Assembly: GCF_028641065.1 (NCBI RefSeq) | Contig: NC_073397.1 | Location: 20,894,001 to 20,958,000 of the forward strand | Direction: 5' to 3' | Origin: Leucoraja erinacea | Taxonomy: Eukaryota | DNA length: 64,000 nt | Part shown: piece by piece, positions 22,403-36,984 of the stretch | How the letters are laid out: each line of letters begins with the position of its first letter | How positions within the stretch are numbered: the first letter of the stretch is position 1 | Notes under the pieces: model-generated | What the model saw: the letters and a program-made list of their open reading frames with translations, nothing else | What the model was told of the DNA's origin: nothing | The model's database searches: none | Translations under genes and position numbers: made by a program

Positions 22403-23850
22403 TATAGAGTCATAGAGTTCTGCAGCATGGAAACAGGCCCTTCTGCCCAACTTGCACATGCCAACCAAAATGCCCCATTTACCATTAGTCCCACCTGCCT
22501 ACATTTGGCCCATATCTTTCTAAACCTTTTCTATCCATGTATCTGGCCAAATGCCTTTTAAATGCTGGTATAGTACATGCCTACCTACCTCAACTATCTC
22601 CTCTGGCAGCTCGATCCATGTACTCACCATTCTCTGTGTGAAAAAGTTGCCCCTCACATTCCTATTAAATCTTTCCCCTCTCACCTTAAACATGTGTTTT
22701 TTGGTTTGTGATTCCCCTACTCTGGATAAAAGATGATGTGCATCCACCCTGTATTCCCCTCATAATTGTAAACACTTGTATCAGATCACTCCACATCCTC
22801 TTACACTTCAATAAATAAAGTCCTTGCCTGCCCAACCTCTCCCTATAGTTCAGATCTTAAAGTCCTGGCAACATCCTTGTAAATTTTCTCTGGACTTTTT
22901 CAGCGTAACAACATCCTTCCTATAGCAGGGTTACCAAAACTGAACATTATACTCCAAATACGGCCTCACCAACATCTTGTACAACTGTAACATAACATTC
23001 AAACTTCTATACTCAATGCTCTGCCTGATGGAAGTCAATGTACAAAGAGCCTCCTTGACTACTTTGTGTACCTGTGATACCACTTTCAAGGAACTATGTA
23101 CCTGCATTCCTAGATCCCTGTATTCTACAACACTCCCGAGGCCCCTGCCATTCACTGCGAAGGTGCTGCAACACCTCCAATTTATCTGCATTCAACTCCA
23201 TTAATGAATCCTCAGATCATTTGCCTAACAGATCGAAATCCTTGCTACATCTTTGCTATAGTATCGATGATACCACCCACTTTAGTGTCATTTGCAAACT
23301 TACTAATTATGCCTTGTACATTATCATCCAAATCATTGATATAAACCACAAACAGCAATGGGCCCATACACCGATCCTCGAGGCACACCACTAGTCACAA
23401 GCCTCGTGCGAAAAAACACTTTCCACCATCACCTTGCCATGAAACCAATTCGGCTAGCTCTCTCTGGAGCCCATGTGATCTAACCTTCCAGACCAGCCTA
23501 CCACGTGGAACCTTATCAAATGTCTTGCTGAAGTCCATATAGACAGCTTCTAGGGCTTTGACCTCATCAGCCTTTTCGATTACTGCTTCAAAAATTTCAA
23601 ACAGATTCGTAAGACATGATCTCCCATGTACAAAACCATGCCGACTATCCCTAATTACCCTGTCTATCCAAATCTTATATTGTGCATAAATCTTATCCCT
23701 CAAAATCCAGGCTTTTCCTTGCATCTCTTCTTAAATAGAAGCACAATATTAGCCACTCTCCAATCTTCTGGCATGTCCCCTGTGTCTAACGGTGGTTCAT
23801 ACATCTCAGCCTAGGTGTCGGCCATTTCTTCTCTAGCTTCCCACTGTATC
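22403..23850 (-). mobile_element. CR1 LINE, RT region to 3' end
   Basis: RDSRHGFVHGRSCLTNLFEIFE..YMDFSKTFDKVP; YKMLVRPYLEYNVQFW; FFTQRMVSTW. Confidence 0.85.
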
Positions 23851-24289
23851 CTGAAATCTCCTGCTGCTGCTCCAACTGAAATACATTGACTCTAGCAATC
23901 TAACTGCTGCCTTTGGAAATCTCCCTGACATTGAAATACACTGACTCTAACAATCCCACTGCTGCCTTTTCATTTGGGAAGATGCCCCTTAAAAGACCCT
24001 TATTCCTTAGTCAGGACGTACCCCGAGAGAAGGTGTAGCTTTAGTGCAGTGTGTCCCAGAGTGATGTGATCTTTGCACTCAATAGCCTACAATAGAAAAG
24101 GGCAAAGAACATAACCCAGCCCATAAGGAAACTTTTATCAGCTGGAACGGCACTCATCTAATATAGGTTGGGCCATACAAAGTTCTCTCACCTTTTCCTA
24201 TCTGATAAGAGCGCCTCATCAGAGTATATTCCTGCAACAGTATGAAGTAGAATTTCATCCTCATCTCCACAGGCAACTTTCTCTGTGTT

Positions 24290-25600
24290 CTCTAATATCA
24301 GGCAGTTTCAATGAAAAAACATTGCAATAGATTTTACAAAATGAAATGGACGAGGTTAACTGTGGTTGACAGGGAATCCAGGAATTATAATGGAGAATAT
24401 GGAAGTGGCAGAAATATTAAATTGATATTTGTCTGCCAAAACAAATAAATAGTTAGGAAAAAATCTAATAAATCATAAACTAGTATTACTAAAGAAAATG
24501 TTTACAAAGTTAATGAGACTTAAAGACAAACAAACCTAATGGGCTGAATCCTAGGTGCTAAAAAATGGTGGTTATAGCTATAATCAAGCACTTGTTTGGC
24601 TGGGGGCTCGCAGTGAAAGAACTGTTCCATTGCTCTTTGGGAACCAACAGATAGAATATTGTGATTTTTCCAAAGGAGTTCCAAAGTTATAAATCTTGGA
24701 AATGGAGTGAGTGATTAGAATGGATTGAGGGTTGGTTAAATAACAGAGAATAAACTAGGAATAAACAGCTTGTTTAACAGGCAGAATGTAACTTGTAAAG
24801 TGCTGGAAGGAATGGTACTTTGACTTCAGCGTTTTGCAAATTATGTTGGTGTAATTTATCAACGTTTTAACATACGGCTACATGGGAAGGTAGGTTGTGA
24901 GGAAGATGTAAAGAACCTGCAAGAGATGATGGCTGGTTAAATGATCAGCCAGGAAGCTGCCAACTGGAGTATAATATGAAAATAAATCACTTTGGAGGAA
25001 GGATTGGAAAAAAGATTGGAAATGTTTTTTTAGAAAGTGAGAAGCAAATAAATATTAATAATCATAAGGATGCAGTATGTGTATGTGCAAGAAACATGGC
25101 CTTTTCACCACTGTTGCTTGGTGTTGAGGTCTAAGTATGGGGAGACCACATGTCTTATTCAAAACTGGTCTCATCATTCATGTGATATTCCTGCCATGAA
25201 GATGATGGGATTCAGGCTATTTTATTAAGACAGATCTAGTAGGATAGACCTATATTCTCTGAAATGATAGGAATCCTCTACTTCTGAAGGGCATGAATAT
25301 ATGTTAATATTTCCTCTTACATAGTCCCTTGTAATCTAGGATGACCTGCTTCTATTCCCATTCTATTGATTCAGAGGAGGCTGTTGAGGCCAATGTGGAG
25401 GCTACAGACTCTTCCGAGATTAGGCATCTGAGGAGGGTGCCTGCTATGACAGATTGTGAGATAGTGTACTCACGGAGTACATTCAAGAATCAGATCCAGA
25501 GTTTTGGGGGCAATAAGAACTAAAGGTTTAATGGGATTGCATGCTTACATGAAGGTGATGTGGTTCAGCCATGATGTTACTGGAGGGTAGAGCAGGCTTG
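24290..25600 (+). mobile_element. Highly decayed CR1 LINE
   Basis: Scattered RT-like remnants and a degenerate 3' tail (cagccatgatgttactggagggtagagcaggc). Confidence 0.45.
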
Positions 25601-25667
25601 GCCAGCCACGTGAGTAGCTCTGGTAAATGTTAGTATTCTTACATGCCATCAGAGGAAAGTACAGTTA

Positions 25668-27191
25668 CAGTGCATTCAGAAAGTATGCAGACCCCTTTAC
25701 ACACAATATCTCAGAATGAAGAAGCGAAAACATGTTTAGAAATTTTTGCAAAGTAATTAAAAAGAAGTAACTGAAATATCACATTTACATACGTATTCAG
25801 ACCCCTTGCTATGACACTCAAAATTGACCTCAGGTTCATCCTCTTTCCATTGATTATCCTTGAGATGTTTCTACAACTTGATTGGAGTTCACCAGTGGTA
25901 AATTAAATTGATTGGGCATGATTTGGAAAGGCACATACCTGTCTATATAAGGCCTCACAGTTGACAGTGCATGTCAGAGCAAAGTCTAATCCATGAAGAT
26001 GAAGGAATTGTCCGCAGTCCTCCGAGACAGGATTGTGTCGAGGCACAGATCTGGGGACGGGTATAAAACAATGTCTGCAGCATTGCAGGTGTCCCGAAGA
26101 GTACAGTGGCTTCCTTCATTCTTAAATGGAAGAACTTTGCAACCACCAGTACTCTTCAGAGAGCTGGCCGCCCGGCCAAACTGAGCAATTAGGGGAGAAG
26201 GGCTTTGGTCAGGAAGGTGACCAAGAACCCAATGATCACTCTGACAGAGTTCCAGAGTTCCTCTGTGGAGATGGGAGAACCTTCCAGAAGGACAACTATA
26301 TCAGCAGCACTCCACCAATCAGGCCTTTATGGTAGAATGACCAGACAAAAGCCGCTCCTCAGTAAAAAGCACATGACAGCCCGCTTGGAGTTTGCCAAAA
26401 GACAGCAGAAACAAGATTCTCTGGTCTGATGAAACCAAGATTGAACTCTTTGGCCTGAATGCCAAGCGTCACGTCTGGAGGAAACCAGGCACCGCTCATC
26501 ACCTGGCCAATACCATGCCTACGGTGAAGCATGGTGGTGGCAGCATCATGCTGTGGGGATGTTTTTCAGCGGCTGGAACTGGGAGACTAGTCAGGATCGA
26601 GGGAAAGATGAACGGAGTAAAATACAATGATATCCTTGATGAAATCCTGCTCCAGAGCGTTCTGGACCTCAGACTGGGGTCCACGTTCTGCTTCCAACAG
26701 GACAACGACCCAAAGCACACAGCCAAGACAATGCAGGAGTGGCTTGAATGGCCCAGCCAGAGCTCGGACTTGAACTCGATCGAACGTCTCTAGAGGGCCC
26801 TGAAAATAGCTGTGCATTGATGCTCCCCATCCAACCTGACAGAGCTTGAGAGGATCTACAGTGAAGAATGGGAGAAATTACCCAAATACAGGTGTGCCGA
26901 GCTTGTAGCGTCATACCCAAGAAGACTTGAGGCTGTAATCGCTGCCAAAGGTGCCTCAACAAAGTACTGAGTAAAGCGTCTGAATACTTATGTAAATGTG
27001 ATACTTCAGTTATTTCTTTTTAATTCCAGTGCAAAATTTTCTAAACACCTGCTTTTGTTTTTTTTATTTTGGGGTATTGTGTGTAGATTGATGATTAAAA
27101 AAAAAAAGAATTTAATCAATTTTAGAATAAGGCTGTAACGTAACAAAATGTGGAAAAAGTGAAGGGGTCTGAATAGTTTCTGAATGCACTG
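25668..27191 (+). mobile_element. Tc1-like DNA transposon, near full length, inactivated
   Basis: TA|CAGTGCATTCAGAAA ... TTTCTGAATGCACTG|TA termini; transposase at 25993-26970 with [15 protein letters not shown] and SSDLNSIE, broken by frameshifts, stops and a short deletion. Confidence 0.95.
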
Positions 27192-27879
27192 TATATTGTA
27201 TGTCTCCCTCTCATGCGCACACATGCATATGAAGCCACCATCTGGCAGTGACGCTTCTATACTTTCATTTAAATTGTCTAGACAATAGTTGTGACAATTA
27301 TCTTAAACTCGAGATATCACTGCAGCAGTTCCTCAGGCCTAGCCATGTTCAGGCACAGATAGTACTTATGTTGAACAATCTCACTTTCCTTTGGCCAGAT
27401 ACAATTCCAATTTGTGGAACATTTCCCACTCTCCCTACTTCAGCTGCACCAGGGCTCCTTGATACAGATTTGGCAAAATGCTGCCTTGATTCAAAGGTAG
27501 TCATTCTCACTTCAACTCAGTGCATTGTCCTGTTGCCACGTTTTCACATCAGTATAATGATAGTTCTCTGTATCAAACATAACGTGTGCTTATATGTGCT
27601 GTGCGATCAGCACCTTATTATATGCACCCACCATTTCAGAACCACAACTGATGCTGGGATAGGGTAAGGAGAAAGGTGCACCCTTTTTGTTCAATCTCAT
27701 GAATCATTTAGAGCAATTTAATAATTAACAGATGTGCTCACCGTTCACATGTTGCCATGGGCAGTCTAATGTTCTGGGCCAAGTAACTTGAATAATCTTC
27801 ATAGACCAGACAGAACAAGCTCAGATTTATTATTTTATTTAAAGTCATTAAACAAATGTCGGTGATGTTTCAGTTCCCA

Positions 27880-29170
27880 CAGGGAAGATGATAAAATCTC
27901 TCTTCCGATTGGCAGGATGTGATCTGCGATTGGCTGAAGTCTATAAACTACAAGATTGGATAAAGGCAATGGGCAATAATTTAAATAAATACATGGCTTG
28001 CAAACATTTCTTTAAGGTATAAAGACGCAACAGGAAAAATGGACCAACTATGGATAACAGGGAAACTTAAAGATAGCATTAAATATAAGACAAGATTTAT
28101 AAATTTGCCAGAATATCCAGTAAACCTGAGGATTGGGAGCATTTTTGGATCAAACAAACAATTACCAAGAAATTGATAAAGAAATGGAAAACAGAATGTG
28201 AGATTGAACTGGTGAGAAGCATAAAAATAGACTGTTGGGGCATCTGAAGGATAGGACCAATGAGGGCAAATGTAGGTTCCTTATTAAAAGAACAAGAATG
28301 GTAGAAAAATAATTAAACAAATGCTTTGTGTCTCTTTTCTAAACGCACAAAATCCTCCTGGAAAGGTTTCAATGCAAATGAGTAAATAAAATTAATTAGT
28401 ATTAGTAAAGAAATACTATGAGAATAGTTAATGAAATGATGAAGTTTTGAAATAGATGGCTTCAGTGGCTTTTCATATCAAGAAATACTGTATTCATAAA
28501 AATATTCAGGAATATTTAAACAGAATACTCATTTTCAATAACATTATGTTATTCCACTGAGTTAACATCATTGTCATCATCAGTTGTCATTCATTTACAA
28601 TGTTAAAACAAATATTCATGGAGTTTTAGATATTTGCTGTGCTCCCTTTCACTGGTACTCTGGTTCCCATGCTCCCTTTTAAACTTAATGAGTTCACTGG
28701 AAAATGTTACGTAACATCTAAAAAAGGTGAACCAATGCTGTTGGGATATTAATAGTAATATCATCCAAAGTTAAAAAAATCTGCCAGTTCAGCATCATCA
28801 ATATCCCAAGCATGCCAGAACAATGGAGTTCACTGTAATGTGATTCTGGTGGGTCAACATATATTTATGAAAGAAGAATCTTATATGACTAATCTATTGG
28901 AGTTCCTTGAGTATTTAACGATAGATTGGAAGAAAGGAAAACCAGTGGAAGGAGGATATTTGAAATTTTAGAAGGCGCACCAATGTTGGAGCAAATGAAA
29001 TTGGGATAATAAAATAGTGTGGACTGAGAGGGGGTTAACAGACAGAAGACAAAGAATATGACTAAAGAGATCCTCTCAAGGTTGCCAAACGGTGGCTTGT
29101 GCGATAAAGTGCTTGGATCGTAAGTACTGATGATTTGGCTGAGGGGACCAAATGATACTTTTCCCAAGAA
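27880..29170 (+). mobile_element. Decayed CR1 ORF2 fragments
   Basis: CR1-like remnants (aaacctgaggattgggagc; aatcttatatgactaatctattggag). Confidence 0.45.
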
Positions 29171-29329
29171 GAACACGAGAATGCAGATGCTAGAATTTTG
29201 AATTAAAAACGATGTTCTGCAGGAATTCAGCACGTCGGGCAGCATCTGCGGCAACATAGTCTTAGCGTTCCGCTCCATTATCAGTCATTTAGATGGAGAA
29301 ATGGGACACCAAAAACCCATGTTTTCAGA

Positions 29330-29505
29330 AGGGCAGCACAGTGATGCAGCAATAGGGTTGCTGCCTTACAGTGCCGGAGATCTGGTTTAATCCTGGCTCA
29401 TGTAAATTGTTCCTAGTATTTAGGATAGGACTAGTGTACAGGTGATCGCTGATCGGCACAGACTCGGTGGGCCAAAGGCCTGTTTCCATCTATAAACTAA
29501 ACTAA
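29330..29505 (+). mobile_element. HE1-like SINE with internal deletion
   Basis: gggcagcacagtgatgcagc head; (ctaaa)n tail. Confidence 0.65.
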
Positions 29506-31065
29506 AGGCATGTGACACAGTAATATGTGTTGATGCAAGTGGAAAGTTTCAAAAGGGCATTGATAGTCCAAGTGGACAGACAGAGATTAGTGTGGGTAAA
29601 GGAACTTTGTTCTGAGGAAGACCTTTTTCTAAGTAGTGACAGGCCAGAAATAACAGAGTAACGTAATTTGCAGCTAAAAAGGGTTAAGAAGCCACACACA
29701 CCCTACTAAAAACATGAACATTAATTGCTGAACTAATTAACCTATTTAAGATGATTAATGGTTCAATAGGAAAGATTCATAAGAGCCATTTTTTCTTGTG
29801 TGTTGGTTCAGTTCTGGGTCAGAGCTGGGATATTTAAATCTAAAAGGTCATGTCTTTAAGAAACCAAAATGCACCTGTTCTTTTTTTTGGCAGATAAAAC
29901 TAAAAGGTGACTTGGTAAAAACATCGATAGGCAAGAGTCTTAATGGGCAAACCAGGAAGAGACAAGTGACAGACACAGAACAACCACAGTGAGATCACAG
30001 AGAAATATGTCAGAAGCAAACTTTTTGGATGAGTTATGACCAAATAAATCATATGACCACACTCCAGCATGGTGAGAGTAACCTTTGCTTTATTTTACGT
30101 ATCTCATGACCTCACGATCATGATAAGCACTTTATAGTCATGCTTGTAACACAGAGGAAAGTGGCACCCAGTTTGTGTGCAGCAAACTCCACAAGCAGCA
30201 AGGTCATAACAATGATGTTACCCATGGTTGATACCTAAAGATGAAAGACAATAAACCATCTGGACACAATGGGAAGCTCCCCAGGATCCTGGGGATAAAT
30301 TTGATGATAATATGAGTATTGAACGATGTAGTTTTTGTTGGAGAGCAAGAAGGATGTTAAAACAGGCCCATTCATATTAGGGGATTTGGGCATGCGTAAT
30401 TACAGCTTTTTATAATTCACAATATTTGACGATAATGATAAAATAGTTGTAATTAGATAGCATAATTACAAAAATGCCGATTGTGATTGTATCAGATGGT
30501 AAACAAACTCAGTGAGAGTGATAGCCATTTTCCAAAAGCTGTATTGCCATCTGTAAGCTATAAGGAGCCAATATGAGGCAATATGAAACCAATGTGAAAG
30601 CAAGCCATGTTCACTGGAGAATATTAAACAACGCAAACCAACAGGAAGAGTTGGAGAGTTCAAAAGGAGTATTATGTCTGGTGCTGCAGTTCCTCAAGTG
30701 GGAATCAATGATCCTGTGGGAAAGAATATGACTTCCCACACTATTATCACACACAAGGATATGTCTGGAAACTAGAAGCAGACAGTAGCAGCAGGAAAGT
30801 GAACCGAGACTAAGGTCATCAAGTATCACCATCCCACATAGTACAATAATATCCACAAGCAAAACCTCTGCTTGAAGTAAAATGAAGGGGAAATTACAGA
30901 TCCCTCATTTAAAGAACATTCATTGAAAATTTACCAATTACAGAAATGAGCATTCTAGTTCTGTAACAACAGTCAAAGAGAACGAGTAGATCACAAAGAG
31001 TACCCCCAATTATCCATACGATTGAGTTTAAGCAAATGTCCTTATGTTTTGCGCACTTACAATCA

Positions 31066-31970
31066 AGTAGGTGGCAGTATGATCTGCGAGGAGGATGCTA
31101 TAAGGCTGCAGGGTGACTAGGATAGGTTGGGTGAGTGGGCATATGCATGGCAGATGCAGTATAATGTGGACAAATGTGAGGTTATCCACTTTGGTGGCAA
31201 GAACAGGAAGGCAGATTATTATCTGAATGGTGTCAGATTAGGAAAAGGGGAGGTTCAACGAGACTTGGGTGTGCTTGTACATCAGTCACTGAAAGTAAGC
31301 ATGGAGGTACAGCATGCAGTGAAGAAAGCTAATACCATGTTGGCCTTCATTTGCAAGAGGATTTGAGTTTAGGAGCAAGGAGATCCCACTGCAGTTGTAC
31401 AGGGCCCTGGTAAAACCACACTTGGGAGTATTGTGTGCAATTTTGGTCCCCTAATTTGAGGAAGGACAGTATTGCTATTGAGGGAGTGCAGTGTAGGTTC
31501 ACCACGTTAATTCCCGGGATGGAGGGTCTGACATATGATGAAAGAATGGGTCGACTGGGCTTGTATTCACTTGAATTTAGAAGGATGAGTGGATATCTTT
31601 TAGAAACATATAACATTCCTAAAGGATTGGACAGGCTAGATGCAGGAAAAATGTTCCCAATGTTGGGGGAGTCCAGAACCAGGGGTCTCAGTTTAAGAAT
31701 AAGAGGTAGGCCATTTAGGACTGAGATGCGGAAACACTTTTTCACCCAGAGATGTGAATCTGTGGAATTCTTTGCCACAGAAGGCAGTGGAGGCCAATTC
31801 ACTGGATGTTTTCAAGAGAGTTCGATTTAGCTCATAGGGCTAAAGGAATCATGGGATACCAGGAAAAAGTATGATCGGGGTACTGATTTTAGATGATCAG
31901 CCATAATCATATTGAATGGCGGTGCTGGCTTGAAAGGCCGAATGGCACCTATTTTTCCATTTTCTATGAT
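31066..31970 (+). mobile_element. CR1/HER1 LINE 3' part
   Basis: WQMQYNVDKCEVIHFGGKN..RDLGVLVHQSLK; QFWSPNLRKD; ESRTRGLSLRIRG. Confidence 0.9.
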
Positions 31971-32231
31971 TTTGTCTTGCTAGAGGTGTCATGGCATTTC
32001 CATGACATGATTGTTATTTGCCACTTAGTAGTTCATGCCGGAATGTTGTTTGGTTTTTGGTTTAGTGCTTGGTTTAGTCTTCACTTCTGACTTTATGAAA
32101 GGAAAGTCATTGATGAAGCAGCTGAAGATGGCTGGACTAGCACATTGCCCCAAGGAACCCATGCAGTGATGTCCAGCGTCTTGCTACTTACTTTTAAACA
32201 TTTCAAGAGTTTACCTTGTGATTCTCACCCC

Positions 32232-32620
32232 AGGGCAACAGAGCGGTGCAGCTGGCAGAGCAGTGCCTCACAGCACCCGAGACCTAGGTTCAAACCTGAT
32301 CTTGGGTGCTGTCCATGTGGAGTTTGCACGTTCACCCTGTGACTGTGGGTTTCCTCCGGGTGGTGCCAAATCCCAAAGATGCCAGGTTTGTAGATTAATT
32401 ACTCATAGGGTCATACAGCATGAAAACAGGCCCCTCTGCCCAAACTGACCAACATGCACCATCTACACTCGTCCCATCTACCTGCATTTGGGCCATATCC
32501 TTCTAAATCATTCCAATCCAAGTACCATCTAAAAGCCTTTTAAATATTGTGCCACTACCTGCTTCAACTACCTCCACTGGCAGCTTGTTCCATAAACCCA
32601 CCACCATTTGAGTGGGAAAT
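32232..32620. mobile_element. HE1-like SINE (+) abutting a CR1 3' end (-)
   Basis: SINE head at 32232; gtcatacagcatgaaaacaggccc CR1 tail from about 32410. Confidence 0.6.
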
Positions 32621-33119
32621 GCACCAGCACTGAGTGAGAAATATTGTCATCAATAGTCATGGCACCAATGAACACTGTGTACCAGGGTGGTTACACACTC
32701 TCAATATCCTGTCACATCATTATACAGTTAACAGAGTTGTGCCAATTTTGAGTGAGTTGGGTGTCACCATGTCTGAAGCTTCATTACCTACTTCAGCCTC
32801 AGCTTTCTCCTGTATTGCACAAACAGCTCTCCCCTGCTCTCAGACCAATGTCTTCCGGGAAGTACTGGTTAGGCATTAAAAAAGTAATATTAATCTATAG
32901 GTCTCAATATTCCTTCTAGGCACAAGGCAGCACAGAACTCTGGGGAAAGAAAACTGCATTTGCTGGAAATCTGAAATAAAAACTGAAAATGCTAGGAACA
33001 CTCAGCAAGTGAGCCAGCACCTTTGGAGGCAGAACAAGTTAAAGTTTGAGGTTCTCAACAGTGTTTCTCTTTTCACAGATGCTACTTGACCTACTGAGTA
33101 TTTCCTGCTTTTATTATAT

Positions 33120-34050
33120 AGCTCTTTGACATTTCTACCCTGGGAAAAATATTCTAATCACCTACCCTATCTTTACAAATTTCTATCAGCCTCCGTGCTC
33201 CAGAAAAAAAACAACCCAAGTTTGGCCGACTTTTCTTTTTTAGCTAATACCTTCTAATCCAGGCAGCATTTTGGCTAACCTCTTCCTCATCCTCTCCAAA
33301 GCCACCACATCTTTTTTATAATGGGGCAGCCGGAACGGTACACAATATTCCAAATGTGTCCCAACCAAAGTCCTATAAAGCAGCAAAATTACTTCCTGAC
33401 TCTAATATCAAATGCCAAGACCATTGAAAGCAAGCATACTATACGCCTTCCTTACCACTCTATCTACTTATGTTGCCACTTTTAGAGAGCTGCGGTCTTG
33501 AACCCCAAGATTCCTCTGTGCATCAAAATTGTTAAGGGTCTTGTCGTTAACTATATACTATCTCCTTACATTCGACCTCCCATTGAGCAACACCTCACAC
33601 TCGCTTACATTAAACTGCCACCTGCCATTTCTCCACCCATTTCTGTAGCTGATCTACGTATATCCCACTGTATATTCTGACAACATTCCTCACTGTCACC
33701 TGCAAACTTACTAAACAACCCGTACATTTACGTTCAATTTGTGTATATATATAATATAAAACAAACAGCAGAGGTCTCTAACATAGGTTACTGCGGAACT
33801 CCACTGGTCATAGCCATCCAGCTGGAATAACACCCTTCCACAAAATCCTGTCTTCCGCGAGTAAACCAGTCCTTAATTAGTCCATATTCTTCCAAATGAG
33901 AATAAACCCTATCCCAAAGAACTCTCTCCAGTGGTTCCTAGCCACTAATGTGAAATTTACCGGCCTATAATTTCCTGCACCATCTCTACTTCCCTTTTTA
34001 AGCAAAGGAACAACATTGAGTACTCTCCATTTCTTCGGGGCCTCATCTGT
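33120..34050 (-). mobile_element. CR1 LINE fragment
   Basis: Similar to 1360-1608; RT remnants. Confidence 0.6.
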
Positions 34051-35035
34051 GAAAGGGCACGAAGCAAAAAACCTGATTCACAATCCTGACCTCAATTTCA
34101 GCAGGATGCAAGATTACACAATCCACTTCCCCAAATGTAAGGAGTCTACTCAATCCTAATATGACTAATCCTCTCCAACGAACATTCTTCTTTCTCAACA
34201 CGAGGTCAATCCAATCTGTTCAATACGAGGTCCCCTTCAGCACACACTCCTCCCTCAACATGAAAAGTCCCCTCCATCAAAAATTGCTCTCATTCAGTAC
34301 AAGGAGGCCCCTCCACTCCAAACACACCTCTCACTTGAACATACTTCATGGGTGGATTTTCCAGAATTTAGCCCTCTGGCCCCCTTAAAGTGACTAATCT
34401 TGTGCATGATGTTGAACTTATTATGATGACAGAAACTGTATTATTCTCAGCTTTTCACCATCAGTCTGAGCACTTTTCTCATCCGGGTAAATGAGTTGAG
34501 CACGTTGTGGAGCAACTAATTACTGTTTATTAACAAAGACTGGGTCATACCCACTTTAAAATTACACGACAAAGATAAGCTGCAGTTTGATGTGGATACT
34601 TCATGGCGCATGAGGTCCCCATGTTGATTCAGTACGATATCAACAGGTCAGGAAGAAGCTGTTGAAGTATGCTATAAAGCGGCAACTTGTCCAGGCCTAG
34701 GATCAGTGTTCATTGTACAGATGAGTCACTGGGTTGTAAAAAGTACAGAACGCAGGAGTTGTTGGGAGCTCATACTTTAGTTTGATCACGGATACTTCAC
34801 AAAGTGGATCAGCCTTTGTGAGAATTGGGTTACCTCATTCTCCCGTGGAGTGCAATATATTCTAACATGTCCTTCTCCCCAGAGGTTGGAGGAGTTGGGC
34901 TTATGGCATCACTAAACTCAGTGCTCAATTTTTGTGCCCTTTTCCTAATTCTAGTGCATCATGTATCTTTTTGTTTACCTCTAAGTGACTGATGTCGGGA
35001 ATGAGTCAGTAGTTTGGAAGCCATCACACAGAAAG

Positions 35036-35172
35036 TTCAGTCTGATGAAGGATCTCAACCCGAAACATCACCCATTCCTTCTCTCCTGAAATGCTGCCTG
35101 TCCCGCTGAGTTACTCAGGCATTTTGTGTCTACCTTTGATTTAAACCAGCATCTGGGGTTCCTTCCTACACA
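35036..35172 (+). mobile_element. Penelope-derived short element with degenerate hammerhead
   Basis: CTGATGAAGGATCTCAACCCGAAACATC (35042-35069), then gctgcctgtcccgctgagttactc. Confidence 0.7.
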
Positions 35173-35334
35173 TAGAACGTTCTAATGGAATTCCATCTTC
35201 TCTAGATTAAATAGGAAATATGATAGGGAGAGAAATATCATTGTTATCAAGCCATATCGCAACTCGTCATAGAGATGGCAACAATCATCAAACATTGTAC
35301 ATCTGCCATCTTCATATAATGAATTTCTAGCTGC

Positions 35335-35366
35335 TCAATCAAGCTTTTTCATCAATTTCGCAGTGC
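35335..35366 (-). CDS. ADTRP/AIG1-like exon 6 (terminal): G-TAKLMKKLD*
   Basis: Strong acceptor tttttttgttttattgcag; phase matches exon 5; basic KKxx end comparable to the ADTRP and AIG1 C-termini. Confidence 0.7.
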
Positions 35367-35779
35367 CTGCAATAAAACAAAAAAAAACCCATCAAAGCAA
35401 CAGAAAATGGTTCATCAAGTCAATAGATTTAATTGTCATGTACTGACAACGGAACAATTAAATTGTTACTTGCAGCAACAAAACAGTCCTAGAAACACAT
35501 TGCAGTAAACCCTCATTTTAACCAAATCTGTTATAGTCCGAGTTTGTTGTTTCACAGAATGGAGCAAATGGTGTTTTTGAAGCATTTTATCGGTTTAGTT
35601 TAGAGATACAGCGTGGGAACATTGAGTCCGTGCTGTACATCGATCACCCAGACACCATGTGGGAGGAAAAATAGAACCACTGTAATAATTCCATCCTACA
35701 CACCAGGGACAATTCACAGTGTGCAGGATAGAACTACCTCAGTGGTTCTATCTTTCCTCCCACATTGCAAAGACAAAGA

Positions 35780-36640
35780 CTTTGTGACAGTGTGGGTTTC
35801 CCTCAGGCTTCTGGTTCGGGAACACTCATATGATTATTTCTGGAAACACACTACTCCACATATTTTTCCTTATAAAATCAGTAACAATTGTGGCGTATTC
35901 GTTCAGGCCCATTGCCAAGTCCTTGAACATCGCCCAGTCTACCGACTCCATGCAATCACGGAGTCATTTCTCTGCCTGCCCGATCAGCTCTGTGCAGTCC
36001 TCATCACTGGAGCTGCACTCTTCAGTCATTGTATATACGCAAGAAGGAGCACAGCCAGGTGGTCTTAATGCCCAAAGTGAGGGCAAGGGATGGAGCTATA
36101 GCAATCATTAATGGTGGAATAGTAGTGGCTTGTGGTGTTTGATCCTTTAGTGCTGCATAACCTGTGTTGGTGGTAGGTAGGAGGTGACTTCTTCAAATTG
36201 GCCTTATTGTGGTCCCCAGCTATGATGGGAAAGGCATTGGGGTACGTCGTTTGGTGTTTGTTGACCATGGTGTGCAGCTCCTCCAGTGCTAGATTAATAA
36301 ATGCCTGGGGCGGGATGTAGACCGTCGTCTTAATGTGGAGGTAAATTCCCTTGGGAGGTAGAAGGGACAGCACTTCACTGCTATATATACAGGTGCGGAG
36401 AACAGGAGTGGGACATTACTGTTACATCTGAGCACCATGAAGTGTTTAAGAAGAAGCTGATGCCTCTAGCTCTCCCTTTCCCTAGTACCACCGTTCGGAC
36501 CATATGATGAATGGAGAAACAGAATAGGCAGCATTCCCTCATCTCTCTTTGGTAAAGCAGCCTTTTCCTCAAGTTCCCAACCTTATTTTCCAGGGACTCA
36601 TAGTATACTGACTGCAACAAAATCAAGAGCATTGGAAGAC
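35780..36640 (-). mobile_element. Rex1/Babar LINE endonuclease fragment in intron 5
   Basis: SLENKVGNLRKRLLYQREMRECC; TVYIPPQA; IIAGDHNKANLKK. Confidence 0.75.
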
Positions 36641-36984
36641 TAATATATATAATCTAAGAAATGCTTGTGGTAATTTATCAGTTATCTGTTTGAGGGTGCA
36701 AATCACTTTATGATATCCTAGAAATGTTCCTAAGTTAGGCATAATACAAGTCTGATACATATACAGCTTCCCTTAAATTTTAACCCTTCTCAGTCCAGTA
36801 TCTTGGTCCAGTATCAGTGTCTAAGTATCTACTCTTTTTACTGAATATTACACAGAATCCTTACAGCATAAATCCAGGAATATAGCATGTGGTTGGAGCA
36901 GCGAGGGATAAATTGCATCTAAATCAGCTGCCAACAACGGTGAGAAAGTACTCTAGGAAGTGGGTGTAATGCAAATCGAATGAA

